From NCBI GenBank assembly GCA_048128005.1, contig JBEUKZ010000010.1, forward strand, positions 124,001 to 188,000: a stretch of DNA of 64,000 nt. The letters run 5' to 3'. The notes beneath the pieces were generated by a model. That model ran no database searches and had not been told where the DNA came from. It saw only the letters and a list, made by a program, of their open reading frames with translations. The translations under genes and the position numbers were made by a program. This DNA is from Veleropilina oligotropha (Eukaryota). Positions 54,976 to 64,000 of this stretch are shown in pieces (the stretch's first letter is position 1; the number at the start of each line of letters is the position of its first letter).

Positions 54976-57965
54976 ATTTGATTGGCAAGAAAAAAAAGAA
55001 TGTGAATCTGCTTAGTCAGAAATGAGTAGTAACATATATATACTACACATTACTAAGAGTTAAAGTGAAACTTTTGATACATAGTTCAAATGCACACGAG
55101 TAGTTATTCACTTGCTCCTTCAGTATTTTCATACCAACATTACGACACATAAAATAATAACAATTCAATGAACCTCAAGTCACTTCCAGTCAATCTCATC
55201 TCATGCTCGCTCTGAAATGCATGGTATCTCCCCAAACGATCACACCGTATATGAACTGTCATTAAAATGTCAACTTCATACCATATCTCAGGCACTCTAG
55301 ATGCGCATTATTAATACATTTCAAAGAACGAATAATATTCACTTATAAAATCAATAATACATGCACTAAAAGCAATTTAATGGCACTTAATTATTCCTGC
55401 GGATGACTATTTCTGGTACGACTTCAGTATGTATCAAATGCAACTGCTTTTATTCAGAATTTTCATCATGGACTTAACATTCGCAAAATACTAAAATCAT
55501 CCAATGAGTGCCGCCTGTATGAAAGCTTCTGGACAGGATAATAACATGCATTGCAGCAATCATGAGCATCCCCCCTCGGTCTTCTACTCTGCTATCTTCC
55601 TTTGACAGCCCAGTGAGCGAAAACGATAATTTGGCATGTTCACTCTGGAGTGTGTTCCATATTTCAATTACCATGACAGAGGGGAAGATTGCATTTCTTT
55701 TCCAGCCTAGTTGATCCATAACATGATAGATATATAGATTGTGGGAATCGATAGATATATAGATTGTGGGAATCGCTTTGACAATCTTCTCCCTCATTTA
55801 GTAGAACAGAACAACTTGACTATTGACTTTGGTGAAATATAGCACCCAGAAATGATGTGATTTTCTTGACCAATTAGGCGAGTTGATAAATCACTTTATG
55901 TTAAAATTGATTTTCAACCAAATGATAGGAAGAGGGACATTTGTTCAAATGGACAATTGTTGTTAACACACTAGTAAATAGATCATTGTAACAGATTTAT
56001 GTATTCTGCAAGTTTGGTTATTTAAATTTTAACAATAACAGTAAACACAACAATGACATTTCAGCAAATATCTTTTCGCTGCATTTCACTAATTTGAAAT
56101 CATTGATATTTAAAGAGTAACTGAAAAGGTGTGAAATAATATGTTCGATCATTGAGTATTGGGTTTTGGTTGCAATTTAATGATGGTCATCTTTTTAATA
56201 AAACCATTCATCACGAAAGCATGAACTTTATTGAAAAATGCAGCAATAAAGTCACTATATGATTCATCCTAAAGTAAATACCATTTATTTGATCGGTTGT
56301 TATGAAAATAGCAAAAAATGCCACAACCGTCCTGTATTGAAAACATATCAAATATCCTAAATAATTTCTCTGATAACAAACAAATCTGACGTATTGGAAT
56401 ATCAGTAAATATGCAGCATGATATTAACCATAATATTAAATAGTATAAAATGCAATTTATATTATATCCAACTACAGTAGGTGAGCATAGTATGTGTGCA
56501 CATCTCAAATCCGGATGCATGTTTTATACGACATCGAACTGCTAAATGAATGAAGCCTAATGCATGCCTACTTTGTTCCTAATGAGTCAGCATTGCATAG
56601 TGATGCAACCACTTAAACACCTGCGGATTTTCTTCGAATCCAGGTAAAGCCTTTTAAGACGGACCCCTTTGAAACTCAATTCCTTTTCACTGGCAACTAA
56701 CAAAATCTCCAATCCCCCAAACATGTTCACACAACACTGTTGCATCATAGTACTTTATGTTTCCAGCAGAAAGTCACAGAGCACACAAACTTGTTTAAGC
56801 CTGGGCTAAACATCCACCATTCTGCCCATGAATGGGAGAGTGGTGTTGCTCTTTGCTGGTGAATTATGTGCATAATAGCATGATGTGTTAATATAACATT
56901 AACATTTGTTATGAATACAAAATCACAATAAACATGTTAATCACTTAGATAGTTGGAGATCAAGTTTATCAGAACAATTTAAAGATCATTTTCCAAAAAT
57001 ACTATTTGTGTTGTAAATTTTGCAACCATGTTATATTTAAATTAAATCAAAGGCTTTCAGTCAATATATTTCATTTTATGGATTGAAAAAGAAGGAATAT
57101 TCAAGTCCTTCTAATGTCCTGATGATATTTGTTCATTTATAAATTATGCATACAATTTAACTTTTGAAATCGTCTTTTGATATCAAAGTTTTACTTTTTT
57201 ATTTTTCACCAGTTCAATAGTATATGAATAGTTTACATATGTATATTTGGCATCAAAAGCATGTTTTTTTAAAACTTATTTATGGTTTGTAAAGGGTTAA
57301 CCTTTCTGGCTGCTGCTCAATGTCAGATATGTATCCGATTTATTGCCTTCCAACCTGGGTCATCAGGATTCATGGCTGTCCGTCTGTCAACAGATGTCTT
57401 CCCATCCTGTTTCTTCTGGTATTGATGACAAGACATGCTCTGGGATAAATGGTATTGATGACCCACAAGACACATCCATCTAGGCCAGGAAGCAATGATC
57501 GCAGGACTAATGTCACTAGCAGATAGTAATTAAAAACTGTGTTTGCCTGTTATACACTTGTATCTATACAAAATACTAGTAACAGAGAAACAACATTGCA
57601 ACTGATAATACACAAAATTGCACATAGGAAAATCATTACACGTTAGAATTGGTTGTGAAAATGATAATATATTATCTCTGACGTTGAGTAGATGTACAGT
57701 AGTAATCGCAGTGATGGAAAATACATTATCAGATTAAATAGAAGAGATATAAATTAATTTGTTGAGTTTCGACAGTGCAGTACTGTTTCGACAGTGCATA
57801 TCAAATTTATAATAAATATACCATCACTGATTTGTTTTCTATTTGATTGGTACATTTCTATATATAAAAGGCAACAATGCTGATTTTGAGTCTCTGTGAC
57901 ATTTTTCAGGTGCTGATACCGTATTCGACTGTACCATGCATGGGTGTTACGACAGGGAACAAACC

Positions 57966-58092
57966 ACTGGCCGAAGAGGGCGGGTTTACCCGGGCGACCG
58001 GGGTTTCCTTCCGCGATAACACGGACATGTCCTGCCTTGAACCTCGATGTTGTAAATATACAGGACATTAAGCATCATTCCTCCCTCCCTCC
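57966..58092 (+). mobile_element. 5'-truncated young V-like SINE
   Basis: 3' half nearly identical to 44078-44200, with a (CCCT)n tail. Confidence 0.88.
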
Positions 58093-61000
58093 ATAGTCAC
58101 ATGCTCTATCACTTAGCCACCATACCTGCTTAAAAATCATGCTATACAAATTGCAAACCGGAATATTTGAACATAATCTACATTAAATTAATACATGTAT
58201 GTTTATAAGGATTCTTAACGACCAGTGAATTAGATATATTTGTATATCATTAAAATTTAGCTAACACACGGTTTTGCATAAAGGGAAGAAACCAAATTCT
58301 CTAGCTGTCAATTTGCACTTAATTAAAAGTGTGATCCTCACGCAACATGCTACAGTTCTATGAGGTCATGAGTATTGTGCTTATGAATTCACAAATAGTG
58401 GTTAAATTATAGAAATCATTCAAGCACAACTGTCATTGTCCCCAGGCCTGACTATTGTAGTTTAAGATTAATTGCCTAGGAATTTCGTCCCAGTGTGGCT
58501 GTTGGATCAATCAGCCAGCTTGTTTGGTCATGTGACCTGGGAGCATTGTAGCCAGCAGTCACATGACCAGACATAGGCAGTTGTATTGAGGCTAACATCT
58601 GATCAATAACCAGACTGGCTGTTTATGCCAGTGCTTTGAGTTATATATAAATACAGACCAGAGAAACAGGAGAAATATGCCTAGGATATGACTAAATACA
58701 TGCTGAAATCTCTACTAAATGGATATGCTATTTGGATTATTCGCATGCTGTAACTCTGGAGACCTCTGTGTAAATATAACACAGACACATGGAGTCGGTG
58801 TTATCTAACTGGATAAATGGACCAGCTGCCATGGTCTTGACAAGATAGCAGGAAATCTCTATATTGATGCAAAATAGCAGGTGAGAAAGCTAATAGCTAG
58901 TAGTCCCATATCACAGAAGCAACCAGCGATTCACAGTGGCTAGGTCAAGGTAAATATCTATGTAGGCAGGCCATGAATGACACAAGCAATGAAGTTCATG
59001 TAGCATATTCATGTTGTCTGAACCTGGTGGTATTGAAAATCATTATTATCCTGCTGTGAAGCTGGCAATGAACACTGAAATGTACATATTGTAGAGGAAC
59101 ATGGAAACATTAGTTTTCATAACAAGTACATATATTACATCGTCAGTAGGAGTACTATAGGACTATATTTGATTTGGTGTCTTAACCTAACCAGGGTATA
59201 TTTACTAATATTGTATTTATTGTAGTTATTCAGAAATATCTAGTCTATTTATTCACCTTTGTATTACATATAAAGAACAAGGAAATAATGCACCAAAATC
59301 CCATTTGTCATGTCAAAACTGAACGAGACATTTGAGTATCCGAGCCAGTAAGTTACATTGTTCATGTGATTCCCACGTCTGGACATGACTTATTTCAATG
59401 CATTAAAGTTGCAGAATGGTTGGTCAATAATATCTCGAGGTAAATCCCTCAGGTTGGCAGTAAATGAGGCTCTGTCTAACAATATCGTTAAACGAACATT
59501 CAAATCCAATTAAGAATAAATCTGTCAAACAACATATCTCATTTAAAGATGTTTGCCCATAAGTAGCGAAAAATGCTTTTAATTTTAAACCCTAGACCGG
59601 AAATGTATTTTTGCCAGTTAGCTAAAGTTAGAAACTTTGCAATTTTTCCAAAACAATTATAGACGGGGTCCCTGGAGCGCCTACGAATTAAAGGTAAAAA
59701 ATAATAAAACCGGGTCCGGTTTTATTACAGCTCACCCACAGGAAATTCGTCAAGTTGGGAACTGTCGAAGTTATAACTTGGACATCATGGAAAGTTGAGC
59801 TGCAACATTATTACTGGTGTACTATTTTACAATAATGTCACATCGCATGCAATTTAAATAAATATTTTTTCATATTTGACGAAACGTCTGTGTTTTGACG
59901 AAAAGAATGACGATACAAATTGGGCCGAAACAATAATGTACGCGTTGATCTGAATCCAACCAAAATGGCTGCAGTCGAATGGACTTTATTTCGCAGCGGG
60001 CAACGATTTCAGCGGTGATTTTTTTATTATAACACAACAAACAATGTGCGTTCTCCCAATTTGAATCATCAAAACTTTTCGTAACATCCACAAATAGGTA
60101 AGTAAGGCTTCGTATGGCAATAAACGATAATTACGGGCAATACATCTTTAATCAGTCTGTAAGATCCACAACACATCAGTTTCAAGATCACCATTTGCTT
60201 CGCTATAATTATGCTTTTAATCTAGCTTTATACACAACATGTTTTATATATAGCTTTCATACAAAACATATTTTATATAGCTTTCATAGATACATTGTTG
60301 TTTTATATCTACGTCATTATATACTGTCGTTTTTACCACCTGGTAGGTAGCAATTAACACTTTCAGAGTGTGAAGTGAGCCAACCTTCCTGTGATAATGG
60401 TTGTGCCTCTCTACCTGCCTGTACTTGGGTCCATAAATGATGTACTGAAGTAACTGTGGACAGGTTTATGACCCAATAAATAAACACAGACTTAGCAAGA
60501 TATTCAACACACAATAGGTCAGACTAGATATGTCAATATGCATTAACTTGATTGCTTTTATCACCTTTCATAAATGCCACAGCTCCACTTGTGAAATAGG
60601 TATACAAATTACTTAACCAAATGAGCCTATATATATCTGCCATATTTACAATCTATTAGATAACATGATTTTAAGTTTATTAACATGGTACAATTAACCA
60701 ACCTAACGGAATTAACAGGTAATTTAATGTAATACACATATAAGCAGGTTGTTGCAGATATTTTTCTAAACCGAAAAGCCTGTGAAATTAACATACAGTA
60801 CATGCAATTATCAGTGAATAGGCACTATTTGACAATGAAAATAAAGCATTCAATCACATTATTTTAGTAGAAAGTCACAGGAAAGAGTCTTTGATGTATA
60901 TTGAATGTAAAGTCACTAACAACTTAACAAGTAACTGAAATCATTTCGTTATTGGTGTAACAAAGATATCGATGGCTTAAGTTTGATTTGAGGTTATTGT

Positions 61001-62214
61001 CCATTTTCAAGTCTATGGTCATGCATATTGGGACACATTCAAAGACCATAATTATGTCTTATTACCGTGAGAAAAAAGCCTGGAATTATTCCGAATATCC
61101 GGTGCAAACCCTCCCTCCACCGCCCATTACGGACCACCACAACGGAGGAATCTGAAGCATTTTCAAACAAGCATGAATCCGCACTATCCATCAAGCTCAG
61201 AGGATACAGTAATTACCATATGGCCTGTATATTAATATTTATGAAGCTAATCGAGCAATTTATTAAACATTATTACTGTATTGCTGGCCATTGAACTGTG
61301 TCTGTTCACAGAGTCTCCTGCTAGTGACTAGGAAATCTGCTGGTTATCTCAAGTGACCATGCAGTGGTCTGAAAGCAATGATGATGGAGGCCTACATTAG
61401 AATGAATCGCTATATATAATCAATAGCAATTCCAGTGAAAGGGAGCGAAATGCATTCCTGGTGTGCTGATTATCGTCGCTTGTTCCTAACTGCAGCGCTA
61501 ATGATCGGCAGCATGCAAAAAAGAGGCCTTCAATCAAGCAACATGTGCGACGGTAATGCCATTAAATGGACATCGTGGGGACGAACAGAGAAATGCCCTG
61601 CATTTAAATCGGCCATGTGCAGATTGCAGATCATCTCTGGCGAGGTACACATGCGAGATATCGAGCCACTAATTGAACTCAGCGCTCCAGGTGTACGAGA
61701 TTAAAGATGCACAGGTAGATAATCGATATATGTGCGATAGAAGCGACTTTGCGTTTGATTAGCTTCAGTTGAAATTTATTATCTCAAGTTAATGAAAGAA
61801 AGATAAAAGGCATGACAAGACTTTCCGAGATAGAATTATATTTATTTATATATATAGAATATGATGAATTGATATTGTCTGAAGGGATTATTAGCAAAAG
61901 TATGATCCAGAGATATATAGACGCGAACATAGATAGACTGTATTTTGAGAAATTTATACAAAGAAGGTAAGACTGTATTAGTTTGATTATACAGCTATTA
62001 TATGAATAATATCTTTGGTGAATGTGATGCAAATAGTGAATATATAAAGTAGCATGTACTGTCTTTTCTTAAAAATTATTTTTGCCTTGAGTTAATGCTC
62101 ATCAAGTTGAATTATTTTCAAGAAAGGCAAATAACTTGTGAAGCAATATAAAGGAAAGAGCATTTTTGTAATTTCTATTTACTATAAATCACTTTTCAAT
62201 AATATTCTGTTACC

Positions 62215-62351
62215 ATGCAAATATAGTGCATTATACAATGTTTGTAGTTAGGAAGCAATAACAAAATGTAGTAGAAGCCAAATGCAAATATAGTGCATTA
62301 TACAATGTTTGTAGTTAGGAAGCAATAACAAAATGTAGTAGAAGCCAAATG
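62215..62351. repeat. Perfect 67-bp tandem duplication
   Basis: ATGCAAATATAGTGC...GTAGAAGCCAA occurs twice. Confidence 0.92.
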
Positions 62352-62955
62352 AACACTAATTTATGCTGTAACATGCATTATCCCCCAATTAGACTCAAAT
62401 TTATTCAACAACCCACATCTCTAACCAGTGCACTCAGACAACCCCGATTGTCAACAAAAGACCACAGCTGATGGCATCCAGAGAGAGGCCTGAACATTTG
62501 TAAACAACCGAGAACTCCCGTATACTCAACGTTTCGTTTGGTACACCTGATCCGATTGTTGTGGGCTTCTTCGATAGTAATGGATACACCCAAAATAACC
62601 AGAGGTTGCTCCGCCCTTCACACTTCAATATTATCGTAATATTATCGTAATCATTGTCAAAGAGCAGCAAACACACGGCCATGTTTGCTGTTCTATTGTC
62701 GAGAATGGTGAATGTTGACGAAGCTGATAAGGTTTCTTGTGTTGGCTTTGTAATCTGCGGGACTTTTTGTCAATGTTTGGCATTTACTACAAAAGGTTAA
62801 AAGGGTCTACCTACGACAGTAACATCATTCTGGCTCAAATTAATTCACAATCCAAGCAGTTATAAGCACCCACTTATACATGTATGTATTGCACTATTTC
62901 GTATATATGTCAAATTGCCTTCTATTTGAGCAAGCAGTAAATTTTACTTCAGTAA

Positions 62956-63215
62956 GGCCGCCACTGTGGTACAATGGTATGAGTACATTTACCGTTCTCA
63001 ATCACTCGAGATGATTACACCGATTTGACAGTGTGGGTTACATTCTGTCTCAAACACTCCCTGAGAACGGATTCAACAGTCATGGTAGTCTATAACTGTT
63101 GGAGGAAGGTCACGGTTTCACCGGATATTACAGACTCTCATCACTGGATAATATCGGCATGTCCCATGACCATAGCTGTTTACTAGGACTATTAACTTAA
63201 AATGGAAATAAAATT
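62956..63215 (+). mobile_element. Degenerate tRNA-SINE
   Basis: A-box-like TGGTACAATGG, degenerate B box and V-like GGTTTCACCGGA, tail ending GACTATTAACTTAAAATGGAAATAAA. Confidence 0.5.
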
Positions 63216-64000
63216 ATTATGTGAGCATGCAAAGTGAACTTCACACATATTTCATTTTGAAGTGTTTGCATCATACATATATTGATTATGATATCTAAAT
63301 ATGCAATGTTTGTGATACCAGCTCAGTTTGTTAGCGTTTATTTGTAGCCTTCGCTGAGGATCATGAGTGTAATGATCTAAAACATGGCTCATTGTTCAAC
63401 TTAGATGTTGTTTTACATAGATATTGTAAGTGATCCGCGATCATAGAACTTTACTATTGAATTTTTGATAAAAAGTTCCCATACAGGTATCAATGCGACA
63501 GTACCCGAACGCAGCAGGTAATTCTGAAGGTGGGGTATTAGATATCGAGATCATGATTCATGTTTGAAATGAAAGCTGCATAATTTTGATAGCATTTAAC
63601 ATTATACTGCACCTAATACTGAAAATCCTGTAAGACCAGATATAGTTACAAACATACTTACGTCCTTACTCTTGCCATAATAGTATATTATCGCCCAAAC
63701 CGGAAATGGTGAATATGTCCCATAATGCACCGTTAATAAGCCAAAAAGCACACGGTTACCTCCCCTGCTCCTACCCCCCACGTTCCCTAGCGAGACTTCG
63801 CCAAGTCTCGTGAGACTTCTGAACAATAGAAGTCACATGACATCAATTCAAAGTTTTCCGCTGCCGCGGAAAGACGTTGTTTTTGCTCCGCAAATATTTC
63901 GATATAGGCGCCCGATTTCACGTTAAATCAGGGCGCAGTTTCTACTTATATAGTATATAAGTAGTGGAATATAACAGTGTTGTGGATATAAAACACATGT

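Noticed and set aside
62405..62700. Possible Harbinger transposase start or Penelope hammerhead on the minus strand
   Set aside because: Only a WVYP motif and a CGAAACG are present; there is no extended similarity or intact ribozyme core.

Overview
This is AT-rich animal (invertebrate, probably lophotrochozoan) genomic DNA, not prokaryotic. The only recognisable host gene is the 3' half of a YIPF5/YIPF7 (Yip1-family Golgi/ER membrane protein) gene on the minus strand. Three coding exons with canonical GT-AG boundaries are visible (20033-20143, 18064-18245, 13072-13234); I could not find the N-terminal exons. The rest is repeats: four large minisatellite arrays (19, 32/34, 36 and 18 bp units) that produce nearly all the long ORFs in the track, a degraded near-full-length CR1/L2-type LINE with a 2A-like motif, PHD finger, APE and RT, a CR1 3' fragment, many tRNA-derived SINEs (several with 11-12 bp TSDs), Helentron-associated (HINE-like) elements and non-autonomous DNA transposons. 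The most unusual features are (i) eight tandem copies of a YIPF5 splice acceptor plus exon start stacked in front of the real exon and (ii) minisatellites that appear to have grown from inside SINEs. I see no CRISPR array, rRNA or intact tRNA gene, and no clear new multi-gene system.
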